Source: a virus (taxonomy: Duplodnaviria; Caudoviricetes). Taken from it: a stretch of DNA of 44,867 nucleotides. A program made the position numbers and the translations under genes. Shown in pieces: positions 27,799 through 37,272 of the stretch (the first letter of the stretch is position 1; each line of letters opens with the position of its first letter). Under the pieces are notes generated by a model that was not told the origin of the DNA, made no database searches, and was given only the letters and a program-made list of their open reading frames with translations. Location: IMG/VR virus record IMGVR_UViG_3300046061_000023, positions 1-44,867 of that record; one strand, 5' to 3'.

Positions 27799-29412
27799 TC
27801 ATCCGATGACCGCCCCTGGATCGATCACTTCAGCGTCACTTTCGAAGCCTTCATAGCACGCCATCATCGCACCATCAGCGATGTCCGGGCTATGCCCCAG
27901 ATGATTCGGCTTCTTCACGTCGTCCTTCCCCTTCAGGACCAAGACGTCCTGCCCGCGGAACGACCGTTCATCCAACCGGTACACCCGCGCCGCCACGCGT
28001 AGTTCCCGTTCCAGGTCGCTGTTCGGCGGGACCAGCAGCCGCCCGTCCTTTAATGCGTTCCCCAGGTCGACCGCCGCTTCCGTCCGCTTGTTCCGATAGC
28101 GGACGTCCTCCCGCGGGTCGTCGTCCCGACTGTCGACTTCCGACCCCTTAAATCGGCGGACGCGATCCTGCGCCTGCCGGACGTTGTCCGCCACCCCGGA
28201 CCCCTCCCCGATGGCGTCGATCAGGAACAACCCCCGCCTGGGGAGGCGGTCGTCGGTCGCCAGGAACAGGTCTTCGTTCTCCGGGTGATCGTTCACCCGG
28301 TCCTTCAGGACGACGTCCAGCAGCCCGGTGTCCCAGCGGGCGACGATGACCGTCCGGTCCCCGCCGTCACGGGCGACGTCCCCACCCATCTGCTGGACGA
28401 CCGTGCCTTTCGCCGCCGATGGTGTCGCGCCGTCGTCAGTGACGACGCGGTACATTTCGACCGCCTGATCGACGTGGCGTTCATACCAGGGCCGGAGCGT
28501 CCCGCGGCCCGTCGGCGGCATCACCCCCAGGCGTTTCCGGTACCAGCGCGGGTCCAGCGTTCGCCAGTCGTCCCGCGCGACGCGCTTTCCGTCTTCCGTC
28601 GTGACGGCCTGTCGGACGTCGTCGACGCCGGGCCAGGGGCGTCCGTTCCAGGATTCATAGTCTTCTTTGATCAGGTCCAGTTCGACCAGGCCCGCGATGC
28701 CATCGCTGTCGTCGCCATCTGGGAGTTCGCCCAGGTCGCGTTGGACGTTGTGGCTGTCGAAACTGTCGAATTCGATGACGTACCAGCGCGGGTCGTCCCA
28801 CTTCTGGAACGCCACGTCACCACGGTCCTGCGGCGGGTTACAGATGGCGACGCAGACGTCGTCCGTCGACGATGCGGTCGACGTCGCCGCGTCGAAGTGG
28901 CCCGCGCCGACGTCCGGTTTGTCGGCTTCGTCGATCACGACGAACGCCGCCCGCCCATGCCGCCCTTCCAGGTTACGGGGGTCCCGCGGGCTTCTGAACT
29001 TGATCCACCACTCCGGGAATTCGTCATCCGGGAATTCGATCCGGGGCGCGTTTTGCTTCGCCTCCGCCCCGATGGGGTACTGTTGTTTCGCGCGCTGATG
29101 GATGGTCTGAAGGAACGGCCAGGACGTGTCTTTCAACGTTGGGTAGTTCCCGGACGTCGTGAGGCCGACGCTGTTCAGCCGGGTCATCACGTAGTGATAC
29201 TGCGCCAGCATCACGCCGGCGGTCTTCCCGGTCCCGTTCCCCGACCAGACCAGGACACGATGATGGTCCTGGCAGGCCCGCAGTATCTCCTTTTGGGTGT
29301 CGGCCAGGTCGAAGCCCAGGTCCTGGTAGAACTGGATGGGTCGGTCGCGGTAGAAGTCGATCAGGTCCGCGGCGTCGTCGACATCATCGACGCGGGTCCC
29401 GTCAGCGGCCAT
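27799..29412 (-). CDS. terL: Terminase large subunit
   Basis: Walker A SGNGTGKT, Walker B VVIDEA, coupling motif ICNP, nuclease GGDVARDGGD and SPDIADG. Confidence 0.92.
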   Translation of the reverse strand: MAADGTRVDDVDDAADLIDFYRDRPIQFYQDLGFDLADTQKEILRACQDHHRVLVWSGNGTGKTAGVMLAQYHYVMTRLNSVGLTTSGNYPTLKDTSWPFLQTIHQRAKQQYPIGAEAKQNAPRIEFPDDEFPEWWIKFRSPRDPRNLEGRHGRAAFVVIDEADKPDVGAGHFDAATSTASSTDDVCVAICNPPQDRGDVAFQKWDDPRWYVIEFDSFDSHNVQRDLGELPDGDDSDGIAGLVELDLIKEDYESWNGRPWPGVDDVRQAVTTEDGKRVARDDWRTLDPRWYRKRLGVMPPTGRGTLRPWYERHVDQAVEMYRVVTDDGATPSAAKGTVVQQMGGDVARDGGDRTVIVARWDTGLLDVVLKDRVNDHPENEDLFLATDDRLPRRGLFLIDAIGEGSGVADNVRQAQDRVRRFKGSEVDSRDDDPREDVRYRNKRTEAAVDLGNALKDGRLLVPPNSDLERELRVAARVYRLDERSFRGQDVLVLKGKDDVKKPNHLGHSPDIADGAMMACYEGFESDAEVIDPGAVIG

Positions 29413-29935
29413 CGTCGATGGTCCCCGGCTGCGCCTGCGCGACGGTCTGCACCCAGCACCGGAGCGGACGGTCCCCCACGGCGTCGTCCGGGATGTCATC
29501 CTGGTAGACGTTCGCTTCCGCCCGGGGGTCGCCGTCGCCGGCGTCGATATTGTGGTGGATGCAGGCGCTGAACGGCCAGCGCGACGGGTCCCCAGGGATG
29601 GAGTAGTTCCCCCCAGGTGTCTGGTCCAGGGCCTCCGGTGGGGCCAGGTAAAACGACCGGTCGCCCTTCCACCGCGCCACGATGACGCTGGCAGCGTCGA
29701 ATTGGTCGCCGAAGTGCTGTAGTTCAGTGACTTCCCGGCCCGTGGGGTTCCGGGGCGGGCCGCCGGATTTCAGTTCGCCGCAGATGACGACGCCGCCCGA
29801 CGCGGCCAGGACGTCCGGCGCTTCCTCCGGTTGCGTCCCCGACGCTGGCGACCGGATGCCTTCCCAGCCCAGCGCCGACAGGCAGTTCAACAGGTGTCGT
29901 TCCTGTTCAGTCCCGTCCATCATCATCGCCCCCAT
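29402..29935 (-). CDS. hjc: Archaeal Holliday junction resolvase
   Basis: G...ERHL...L...GW..IRSPASG...PDVLA...ELKS (PD-(D/E)xK); start may be 29926-29920. Confidence 0.85.
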   Translation of the reverse strand: MGAMMMDGTEQERHLLNCLSALGWEGIRSPASGTQPEEAPDVLAASGGVVICGELKSGGPPRNPTGREVTELQHFGDQFDAASVIVARWKGDRSFYLAPPEALDQTPGGNYSIPGDPSRWPFSACIHHNIDAGDGDPRAEANVYQDDIPDDAVGDRPLRCWVQTVAQAQPGTIDDGR

Positions 29936-30007
29936 CGGTCGGGGTGAGGCCGGGGGTCGGGGAGGGCGTCCGCATCGGGCGCGGCTGTCGCCTGGATGCC
30001 GTCGCCG

Positions 30008-30208
30008 TCAGGCATCAGCGTCACCGTCCTGGTCGTCGTCTACCTGGTCCTGGCAGACGCCGCAGTAGCCGTTCCCCATTAGCGTGACTTTCCGTCCGCA
30101 TCCCAGGCAGACGCCTGGGTCGACGTCGTCGGGGGCGCGGCCTTCCAGCGTCAGGCTGTTCTGGTCGTCTGTCGAATCTCCGTCGGTGTCGGTGTCCGGT
30201 TCAATCAT
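30008..30208 (-). CDS. Small zinc-finger protein
   Basis: CLGCG...YCGVC. Confidence 0.65.
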   Translation of the reverse strand: MIEPDTDTDGDSTDDQNSLTLEGRAPDDVDPGVCLGCGRKVTLMGNGYCGVCQDQVDDDQDGDADA

Positions 30209-30287
30209 GTTCAGGCTTCAGTTTTGGACGCCAGGCGCGTCTGTCCTAGCGGCTTCAGTTCTGCGGTATTCATCTGTCCAGTTCGGG

Positions 30288-31190
30288 TTAGTCGTCGGGG
30301 TCCTGTTCCTCCCGCATCGTCGACCGCCTCACCGCCTCCCCCCAGGACGCCATCGCGTCAGCAGTCTGGGACTGCGGGTCGTCCAAGATACCCAGGTCCT
30401 TCAGTTCGCGGATGTCCCGCTGCCGCATCCGGGACTTCGGCAGATTCACCGGCAGTTCATCTTCAATTTCGACCGGCTCCCCATCCGTCGGATCGACCAC
30501 GACATCGCCTTCACTGATGACGACGTCGTCCTGCGTCAGTAGTTCCCGGACCTGCCGTAACGTGACGCCCTTCAACAGCACTTGATGCACGCAGATGTCG
30601 AACAACCGGTCGGCCTTCCCGGTCAAGTGGTCAGGACTAACGGGCGGGGCATCAGCAGCAGCGTGCTGGCGGGGGGCAGCCTGCGCGACGTGTGCATCAC
30701 CCTGGTCATCGACGTCGTCACCGCCCGCGTCAGCGGCCTGTGACGCGTCCTGACTGACGTGGTCCAGGACCGGCGGGCTATACCGGTCCGCATCCCCCGG
30801 GTAGGCTTCGAAGGGTGCATCGTCCATGTAGGTCCAGAAGACCCGCCTGATCTTCGTCGCCAGCGGCGGATCATGCTCCCGGAAATAACCGAACAGCCCA
30901 GTCGCATCCTGCTCCGCCGCGTACAACCCGTGCGACAACGCGTTCTTATTCCCCTCCGGCGCGTGACCGCCGACCGATCCCCGACCAGCCAGTTTGTTCG
31001 ACCCCCGCGCATCACCGTGGTTTTCGGGTGGCCCCGACCCGTCGCGGGGATGCATATGACACCGTTCATCCGCGTCGCCGACCGGGAACTGGCAGGGGCC
31101 GTCCGTCGACGTCGTCTCATCACTCCCGCAGACCCAGCCCTCCCCATCACCGTCGGCATCGTCGGCATCCTGATCGTGATCGCCCGCCAT
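30288..31190 (-). CDS. terS: Terminase small subunit
   Basis: CHMH and GGHAPEGNKNALSHGLYA motif; upstream of terL. Confidence 0.75.
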   Translation of the reverse strand: MAGDHDQDADDADGDGEGWVCGSDETTSTDGPCQFPVGDADERCHMHPRDGSGPPENHGDARGSNKLAGRGSVGGHAPEGNKNALSHGLYAAEQDATGLFGYFREHDPPLATKIRRVFWTYMDDAPFEAYPGDADRYSPPVLDHVSQDASQAADAGGDDVDDQGDAHVAQAAPRQHAAADAPPVSPDHLTGKADRLFDICVHQVLLKGVTLRQVRELLTQDDVVISEGDVVVDPTDGEPVEIEDELPVNLPKSRMRQRDIRELKDLGILDDPQSQTADAMASWGEAVRRSTMREEQDPDD

Positions 31191-31306
31191 ACGCACCCAG
31201 TTTACGTTCGAATCCTGTTAACAGTTCGCCGCCACCGGACCACGGACTGCGACCGGGTTCAGGAATGGGCTGCCGTGGGCTGCGGGCTGGGGGACGGGTG
31301 GGGTGG

Positions 31307-31501
31307 TTAGTTCTGGGTGTCGGCGTCGTCGACGTCCTGTTGAAGTGATTCGATGGCTTGCTGGCGGGTGAGGTAGTCGGTGATGTCCGACATGTCGACG
31401 GTGTCGGCCTGTGCTTTGCCGTACTGGTAGGCGTAGCCGTAGGACAGGAGGACGATGACGAAGGCTCCGGCCCCGATGGCGACGGATAGTGGGTCGACCA
31501 T
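31307..31501 (-). CDS. Small membrane protein
   Basis: MVDPLSVAIGAGAFVIVLLSYGYAY; preceded by a late-motif copy. Confidence 0.65.
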   Translation of the reverse strand: MVDPLSVAIGAGAFVIVLLSYGYAYQYGKAQADTVDMSDITDYLTRQQAIESLQQDVDDADTQN

Positions 31502-31526
31502 GCGGGTGGGTCTTCGTGTGGGTGGG

Positions 31527-31550
31527 GTAAGTAGTGGCGTGACGCGGTGG
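31527..31550 (-). promoter_or_regulatory. Late promoter motif, copy 7 (degenerate TATA)
   Basis: GTAAGTA...GTGACGCGGTGG, about 27 nt from ATG 31501. Confidence 0.5.
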
Positions 31551-31672
31551 CTAGGTGGATGGTGGCCAGTTGGGGGTAGGGGTGGTGGTGCCGGGTTGGG
31601 TGGCCGGCGCGACATGGACGACGAACAGCCCCCGCCGGTGCTGTTATAGGGAATGAAACGTCTCTTGAGGGT

Positions 31673-32134
31673 ATGAAGCCCGATGAAGAAGAAGTTCGGC
31701 GGTTGTATAATGAAGGGAATTCCCTAAACGACCTGGCCGATGAATACGGCGTGTCGTCGGCGACGGTGCGTAGGTGGATGGTAGACTGGGGGATTGAACG
31801 TCGAAGTCTTTCCGTCAGCACGTCGATGGCAGCAGGGTCGTACTACGATATTGACCTGCGCGTCGATAAAGACGGGTATATCGCCTTCAACGGGACAGCG
31901 CCGGATAGCACTGGGTTTACGGTTCGTATTCACCGGTTGGCTGCCGTGGCGTGGTTTGGATACGATGCTGTCGTTGATTGTGACGTGCATCATTTGAACG
32001 GGGTTCCGTTCGATAATAGAGAGTCGAATATCACCGTGATGGGGCATGGTGAACACGCGTCTGAACACGAATTCTGGGAGGACGCGTCCAGGGAAAGGGA
32101 GCGCGAAGACCAGGGCCGCTTCAGCCCTGGATAA
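31673..32134 (+). CDS. HTH-HNH homing endonuclease
   Basis: N-terminal HTH; IHRLAA...VHHLNGVPFDNRESN...H...H; TTATAG box about 25 nt upstream; only credible plus-strand gene. Confidence 0.88.
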   Translation: MKPDEEEVRRLYNEGNSLNDLADEYGVSSATVRRWMVDWGIERRSLSVSTSMAAGSYYDIDLRVDKDGYIAFNGTAPDSTGFTVRIHRLAAVAWFGYDAVVDCDVHHLNGVPFDNRESNITVMGHGEHASEHEFWEDASREREREDQGRFSPG

Positions 32135-32334
32135 CACGTCAGGAATCCCCCGCGGACCTTCGGATGGGTTGTCCTGTCGGCCAGCGGGGGGTTGCGACGA
32201 TGTCGTAGGGGTGTCTATGGTACGTGCGGGACGCCCTCTTTGGACGGATGCCCTATCGGGGGCGTGTCGCCGGGGCGTTCGTGGATGGTGTCGTGTGAGG
32301 GTGATCACTCCGTGTGGGTGGTTGTCGGGGTAGT

Positions 32335-32358
32335 ATTTGAGTCAGCGTGACGCGGTGG
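32335..32358 (-). promoter_or_regulatory. Late promoter motif, copy 8, with no credible downstream CDS
   Basis: ATTTGAG...GTGACGCGGTGG with the same spacing as other copies. Confidence 0.45.
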
Positions 32359-32725
32359 CGGAATCGTCGATGTCGATGTCGGGGTTGATCTGGTAGGCCT
32401 GGACGTGCTGGATGTTGTGGACGGTGGCGTCGTCGACGACGTCTTCGACGTAGGCTTTCAACCGGGTCGGGGTTGGGCCGTCGGTGTGGCTGCCGATAGT
32501 GGTGTCGCTGTTGGTGTCGACCAGGACCAGGGTTTGTCGTCGTCCGCTGGGCTGGTAGGCGACCGTGGCGATGTAGACGTCGTGACCCCAGTCGCCGGGG
32601 TCGTCTGGGGGTGTGAGGACGTGCCTGATGTGGATTTCGGTGTCTGGGCGGGTGGTGGCGTAGGCTGCGAAGACGCCCAGTGTGATGGCCAGGAGGATGG
32701 CCAGCGTCGCGGCGATGGGGTCCAT
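32342..32725 (-). CDS. Membrane-anchored hypothetical protein
   Basis: N-terminal TM IAATLAILLAITLGVFAAYA. Confidence 0.65.
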   Translation of the reverse strand: MDPIAATLAILLAITLGVFAAYATTRPDTEIHIRHVLTPPDDPGDWGHDVYIATVAYQPSGRRQTLVLVDTNSDTTIGSHTDGPTPTRLKAYVEDVVDDATVHNIQHVQAYQINPDIDIDDSATASR

Positions 32726-33169
32726 TTATGTGTCGCCTCCGTCGGCGTAGTCGTTCAGACTGTGCTGGGGGGTGTCCAGGCTGTCCAGGTGGCCGTCGGC
32801 TTTGATGACGACCGTGGTGGATTTCGGGATGTAGCAGCCCCAGTTTGACCCGTCGATGGTCGGGTTGTTCTTTCGGTGGAACTGTGTGACGCGGACGGCT
32901 TTCGGGCTGTAGTCTTCCCAGTGCCCGACGGCCAGGCGTCCGCCGTTGGCGTCGACGTCGATCATGCTGTCGGCGTTAAGTCGGACGACGTCGTGGTCGT
33001 CTTCGTCGCGTTTGAAGTCCGGGAGGATGAAGAGGCTGTCGTGGCGGGTGTCCCGGAGGACGGTGACGACGGCGTCTTTTTCGGGGCCGGTCAGCATCGG
33101 GGCGTGATCGACGTCATCCCAGGACCGGACGGTGACTGTGCGTAGTTCGACCGCGTCGTCACTGGGCAT
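32726..33169 (-). CDS. Hypothetical protein
   Basis: Acidic ORF in the tightly packed operon. Confidence 0.65.
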   Translation of the reverse strand: MPSDDAVELRTVTVRSWDDVDHAPMLTGPEKDAVVTVLRDTRHDSLFILPDFKRDEDDHDVVRLNADSMIDVDANGGRLAVGHWEDYSPKAVRVTQFHRKNNPTIDGSNWGCYIPKSTTVVIKADGHLDSLDTPQHSLNDYADGGDT

Positions 33170-33527
33170 CGTGATCACCGTTCGGGTGGACGGTGACCAT
33201 CAGCGTCCAGATGGCGGTCGCGTCGGGTGGGTTCGCGTCGATGGCTGGCGCGGCTTCGACGTAGATGTCGGCGTCGCCGTGGTCGCTGTCGATGTCCAGG
33301 ACTGCGGGGAAGTCGTCTTCTGGCGCTTCTGGACTGATGGGGTCGCCTTCGAAGGCTGTCGCCGCTTCCAGATACACGGGTTGGCGGTGGTGGTCGGTCG
33401 GGTTCGTGGTGTAGTCGACCGACAAAACGCTGACGCCCTGGTCCTGAAGGGCGTCGACGGCGTCCGCGATGGCCCTGATGACGTCCGGGTCGACGTCGTA
33501 GGGCGCGCCATCAGTCACGTGGATCAC
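33159..33527 (-). CDS. Hypothetical protein
   Basis: Acidic ORF overlapping its neighbours. Confidence 0.6.
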   Translation of the reverse strand: MIHVTDGAPYDVDPDVIRAIADAVDALQDQGVSVLSVDYTTNPTDHHRQPVYLEAATAFEGDPISPEAPEDDFPAVLDIDSDHGDADIYVEAAPAIDANPPDATAIWTLMVTVHPNGDHDAQ

Positions 33528-34215
33528 CCCAGCGGCGGTGACGGGCGTCGATGCTTTGTTCGCGTTCGGCTGCGTCGTCGCCTGTTGGGTCGTGGCCGTG
33601 CCGCCAGTAGTCCCAGCAGGGGCCGCAGACGTTGTTCGCGTTCGCTGGCGCGTCTGTGGTGTCCATCTGGGTGTCCCTGATGGTGTCCAGGTTGGTGAGG
33701 GTGAGGCCGCAGGCCAGGCCGTGGTCGTACCCGTCGAACGTCGTGGATCGATGCCAGCGATGGGTGGCGTCCTGAACCCAGATGCCGGGGTTGTCGACCT
33801 GCGACTGGACTTCCCACGTCAACTGGAAGACCAGCGGGGCGACGTCGTCGATTTCCTGCTGGACGGTTGTCGGGCTGTCCAGGTGCGCGCCGCCGATGTC
33901 CTGGCGGACCTGTTCGCGGCCCGGGTCCGGGCTGCCGGCGGGGCCTTCGAAGTTGGTTTCCAGGAAATCCTGCACTGTGCGGCCCAGGTCCATCGTCTCA
34001 CCGATGTAGCGCCAGGCCGTCTGCGGGACGTCGCCCTGGTCGTCGTCCGGGAGCGTCGCTTCTGATAGGAGTGCTTCGGCGACTTCGCCGACTTCTTCGA
34101 CCAGCGCCAGGAACAGCGTCGGGGCGGTTTGGTTCCCCCAGCGGTCGACGTTGTCGTCGGCCTGTCGTTCCCAGCGGATGCGCCGGTCAGTCACGGTGAT
34201 CACCGTGCCAGACAT
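33511..34215 (-). CDS. MazG-like NTP pyrophosphohydrolase with C-terminal Cys/His domain
   Basis: LALVEEVGEVAEAL and EIDD motifs. Confidence 0.7.
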   Translation of the reverse strand: MSGTVITVTDRRIRWERQADDNVDRWGNQTAPTLFLALVEEVGEVAEALLSEATLPDDDQGDVPQTAWRYIGETMDLGRTVQDFLETNFEGPAGSPDPGREQVRQDIGGAHLDSPTTVQQEIDDVAPLVFQLTWEVQSQVDNPGIWVQDATHRWHRSTTFDGYDHGLACGLTLTNLDTIRDTQMDTTDAPANANNVCGPCWDYWRHGHDPTGDDAAEREQSIDARHRRWGDPRD

Positions 34216-34471
34216 CCATCAGGTCGTCGCGGTCAACGCCGGGCGCTTCGTCGGCGCGGGGAAGGAACGACTGGGCGCACCGCTGGCAGATGTCCAGCGG
34301 GTCGGTAGGCGCGGCTGCCAGGCGGTCCCAGTAGGCCGGGACATGACCGCAGGCGCTGGCGTAATCTGACGCGTCGCGCGTGCCGCGGGCCAGCATCGAC
34401 GGGATGCCGAAGTCGACCAGGTGCGCCTTCTCACCGGACCGGGTTTCCGCCCAGGCGACGTCGCTATCCAT
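34187..34471 (-). CDS. Small Zn-binding protein
   Basis: H...SACG...CQRC. Confidence 0.6.
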   Translation of the reverse strand: MDSDVAWAETRSGEKAHLVDFGIPSMLARGTRDASDYASACGHVPAYWDRLAAAPTDPLDICQRCAQSFLPRADEAPGVDRDDLMDVWHGDHRD

Positions 34472-34952
34472 CACCACCACCGTCCTGGAACGCGTTCAGG
34501 CCATGTTGACCGCGTGATTCGTCCCCGTTAGATTTCCAGTCAGGATGCCGGGGCGGGGTCTTCCGTCCGTCGGCCCAATCTTGGAACGGGACGCCGAATC
34601 GGGCGTTGATGTCGATCCAGTCTTCCCCGCGGCGCTGCCGGGGGCTGTCGTCGGGATCGGGCGTGTCGCCGTGTTCCGTGACCGCGTCGGGGTGGAAGAC
34701 GTACCGGTAGCCGCCGTCCTGGACGAATAGGAGTAGTAGGGCGTCGGTGTCGGTGGCGCGTTGGGCGACCTTCGTGTGCATGAAGGACGCGTCGCCGGCC
34801 TTCAGGTACTGTTTTGCGGTGACGATGAAGGGTTGGTCGTGGACGGTGACGCGGAAGGCGTACCGTCCGCGGTTGTCGTCGTACCAGGCGTCGATGGCGG
34901 TCTGCCTGGTTTTGAAGTAGTCGGCGGCGTCCGATAGTAGGCCCCCGGTCAT
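34464..34952 (-). CDS. Hypothetical protein
   Basis: 162 aa, ATGA-coupled to the upstream gene. Confidence 0.7.
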   Translation of the reverse strand: MTGGLLSDAADYFKTRQTAIDAWYDDNRGRYAFRVTVHDQPFIVTAKQYLKAGDASFMHTKVAQRATDTDALLLLFVQDGGYRYVFHPDAVTEHGDTPDPDDSPRQRRGEDWIDINARFGVPFQDWADGRKTPPRHPDWKSNGDESRGQHGLNAFQDGGGDG

Positions 34953-35218
34953 CGGTCACTGTGGGTGTCGCGGATGGTTCGCAGGGCGTCCTGGAAGTCC
35001 GGGTCCGGGTCCGGTTGGTAGTACCGTCCGCGCTTCAACGCGTACAGTAGGCCCTGGGCGGAGTAGCGTTCCGGGTCGGTCGGGTCCTCCGGCGCGTGCG
35101 GCGACAGCGTGACGTGTTCGTCGTCGATGTGGGCTTCGAAGGGACGACCCGTTGCGGGTCGCTTCAGTATCGTTCCGTCGATGAGGTCGCTGGGGTCGTC
35201 GATGGCGGCGTCAGGCAT
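34949..35218 (-). CDS. Hypothetical protein
   Basis: Acidic, coupled to neighbours. Confidence 0.65.
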   Translation of the reverse strand: MPDAAIDDPSDLIDGTILKRPATGRPFEAHIDDEHVTLSPHAPEDPTDPERYSAQGLLYALKRGRYYQPDPDPDFQDALRTIRDTHSDR

Positions 35219-35399
35219 CGACGTCGTCCCCCATCGGTTTCGTCCGGGTGTTCGTCATCGCGGTCAGGTTGACTTCCACGCCGCTCCGCGTTCGTTTGAC
35301 GTCGGTGATGCGGGTGACGTCGAACCCGGCGTCGTTAAGTGCGTCGACCGCGTCCTGGACGGCGTCGGTGTCGTGGTCCGATAGGCCTCTACTCCCCAT
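35211..35399 (-). CDS. Hypothetical protein
   Basis: Small acidic ORF, coupled to neighbours. Confidence 0.6.
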   Translation of the reverse strand: MGSRGLSDHDTDAVQDAVDALNDAGFDVTRITDVKRTRSGVEVNLTAMTNTRTKPMGDDVDA

Positions 35400-35865
35400 C
35401 GCCGGCACCCCCAGTCGGGTCGGGGTTGATGTCGTGGTCGATGCCGTGTTCGTCCAGGGTTTCGGCCAGCAGCGCGGTGTCGCCGGTGCCGTCGTCGACG
35501 TCCAGGGCGTAGGCGGTCGGCGGCGTGTCCGCGACCAGGTATAGGCCGTTCGGCCAGCCGGCGATGTCGTCGCCGGGCGGCATGGTTGTCGGCGTGCGGA
35601 CTGCCTGTAGCGGGTCGAAGCGGTCGTCGTCTTCGAACCGTCCGTGTTCCAGCGCGTCGACCAGGTCGGTGATGCCGTCGAAGCCGTGGTCGGTGAGGGT
35701 CTGGGTGACGGTGTCGTCGTCGGGAACTAAGAGGAGCCAGGCGATGGCGGCTTCGTGTCCGGCGCGGCTGATGGCGCGGTATTCCTGTTCGTAGTGCTGT
35801 TCGGCGGTGTCTTCCAGGACGTCCCGGAGGAACGGGGCGACCTTGAGGTCGGCGTAACTGGTCAT
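35389..35865 (-). CDS. Hypothetical protein, possible N-terminal RHH
   Basis: MTSYADLKVAPFLRDVLE...; ATGA overlap. Confidence 0.6.
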   Translation of the reverse strand: MTSYADLKVAPFLRDVLEDTAEQHYEQEYRAISRAGHEAAIAWLLLVPDDDTVTQTLTDHGFDGITDLVDALEHGRFEDDDRFDPLQAVRTPTTMPPGDDIAGWPNGLYLVADTPPTAYALDVDDGTGDTALLAETLDEHGIDHDINPDPTGGAGDGE

Positions 35866-36212
35866 GACATCATGTTTAAGATTGCTTTCCAACAGTCGGT
35901 ACAAAGTTGTTTATCGGTCCGTGCGCCTGTCGATTCCTTTGTATCTGTCAGTATCACCCTGTCCCGAAGTTTTGGTTTTTCAGGCTGCATTTGTCGGTTA
36001 CAAATTGGGCAAGTGTTGATTTTCCCGGGGCCACCACGTTCATCCCGGCAGTTCGAACACATTTGCCGCGAATCAGGTGGGTGTTTCGTGACGGCGATGT
36101 CGTCGCTCATTTGCTGCTTACAGACCGGCTCCCCGTCATCCGTCGCTTTGTGATATACTTCGCGTTGGGTGTCTCCGGGGAGGTAACAATACTTTTGTTC
36201 GGCCATCGACAT
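35862..36212 (-). CDS. Double zinc-finger protein (lower GC)
   Basis: YH...C...CSNC and CPIC...CTDC. Confidence 0.7.
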   Translation of the reverse strand: MSMAEQKYCYLPGDTQREVYHKATDDGEPVCKQQMSDDIAVTKHPPDSRQMCSNCRDERGGPGKINTCPICNRQMQPEKPKLRDRVILTDTKESTGARTDKQLCTDCWKAILNMMS

Positions 36213-36233
36213 CAGCGCCCGTCGTTGTCCCGG

Positions 36234-36422
36234 TCAATCATCTTTTTCTCCCAGGATGTCGGCAGGTGATTTGCGGTCCGGGTCGTACTCTTTCAGGGCT
36301 TCCTGGATGATGTCATCATGCCTTTGATTACCATCCTTCACTGCGTTGAGGGCGCGTAAGGTGGGGTTCGACACCCTGATGGTGTGTTCCAGTTCGTCTT
36401 TGTTTTCATATTTGTCAGGCAT
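36234..36422 (-). CDS. RHH/CopG-like small DNA-binding protein
   Basis: HTIRVSNPTLRALNAVK...HDDIIQEAL. Confidence 0.7.
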   Translation of the reverse strand: MPDKYENKDELEHTIRVSNPTLRALNAVKDGNQRHDDIIQEALKEYDPDRKSPADILGEKDD

Positions 36423-36777
36423 CGCTGTCGTTGTCCTGTCCGCGTTCGCGTGGGTCGACGTCGGGCCAGTCTTCGAAGCTGGGGTCCGACAGCCGGTTCC
36501 CGATAGCGTGATCCAGGTCGTCCTGGATGTCGCTATGCAGCGTTCGGGCCATCGACCGGAGGCAGCGGCGGCCCTCCGGGTCGTCCAGCGCGATGGCGGG
36601 GTCGATGCGGACCTTCGTGGACTGGTAAGCGTCAAATGATTCGTAGTCGCCGGTCGATACGGTTTCGTCGGCGCTGACGGTCATCCCGACCGCGATCATC
36701 CCGGCGTCGTCGGGGTCGTCAGCGACCTGGACGGTCGTGCCGTCGACGGTGACGGTTGAAGTGTCGGTGTCTGCCAT
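36415..36777 (-). CDS. Hypothetical protein
   Basis: TVSTGDYES motif; starts right after element copy C. Confidence 0.65.
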   Translation of the reverse strand: MADTDTSTVTVDGTTVQVADDPDDAGMIAVGMTVSADETVSTGDYESFDAYQSTKVRIDPAIALDDPEGRRCLRSMARTLHSDIQDDLDHAIGNRLSDPSFEDWPDVDPRERGQDNDSDA

Positions 36778-36890
36778 AGGGTGCGCCGCTGACGCGGGCA
36801 CAAGGCGGGTCCCGTTGTCGCAGGGACCGAGGCGTCCGCCCCGCCGGGTCGACGCGACTGTGCGTCGGCCTGGGCGGCATAGCGGACGAA
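36778..36890 (-). repeat. Early intergenic structured element, copy C
   Basis: Core GTCCGCCCCGCCGG at 36834-36847; CGUCCGCU-AUG-CCGCC...GGCGG-GGCGGACG with a compensatory U-A pair; CGACAA loop; CGCGUCAGC loop. Confidence 0.7.
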
Positions 36891-36911
36891 ATAACTGGGG
36901 TTCGAAGCCCG

Positions 36912-37061
36912 TTATTCCGCGGTGGCTGTCCAGTCGTGCTTCGGGCTACGCGTGTCGCCTTCCCAGCAGGGTTCTTCAGGCGGCGTATAGCCCGCCCGGG
37001 ACCGCCTCCCGCAGCGCGTACAGACGACGTCGTCGTCAACTGGATCGACGTCACCGGTCAT
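36912..37061 (-). CDS. 49-aa Zn-binding protein
   Basis: MTGDVDPV...CTRCG...C...HDW...E*; ATGA overlap; not in the ORF track. Confidence 0.65.
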   Translation of the reverse strand: MTGDVDPVDDDVVCTRCGRRSRAGYTPPEEPCWEGDTRSPKHDWTATAE

Positions 37062-37270
37062 CGGTCTAAGTCGTCAGCAGTCGGCGGCCCACCATCGTCG
37101 TCGTCCTGGCCGCGGGTGGCCGTTGCGGTCAGCGTCAGGAACCCGATGGATGCGACCGCCAGCGCGGCCAGCACGGCCCGCGACGGGTCGACCGCCGCCA
37201 GAACCACCGCCCAGACCGCGCCGACGACGGTCAACCCGACCGCCAGCCCCTGAATTGTCACCCAGGGCAT
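37058..37270 (-). CDS. Two-TM small membrane protein
   Basis: Two hydrophobic segments and an acidic tail. Confidence 0.65.
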   Translation of the reverse strand: MPWVTIQGLAVGLTVVGAVWAVVLAAVDPSRAVLAALAVASIGFLTLTATATRGQDDDDGGPPTADDLDR

Positions 37271-37272
37271 GG

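Noticed and set aside
31724-32308. 194-aa minus-strand ORF after late motif copy 8
   Set aside because: Basic, atypical composition and overlaps the clear HNH gene on the opposite strand.
36885-36920. tRNA suggested by GGTTCGA (also near 43974)
   Set aside because: No cloverleaf could be built; here it is a simple hairpin after the stop of a small ORF.
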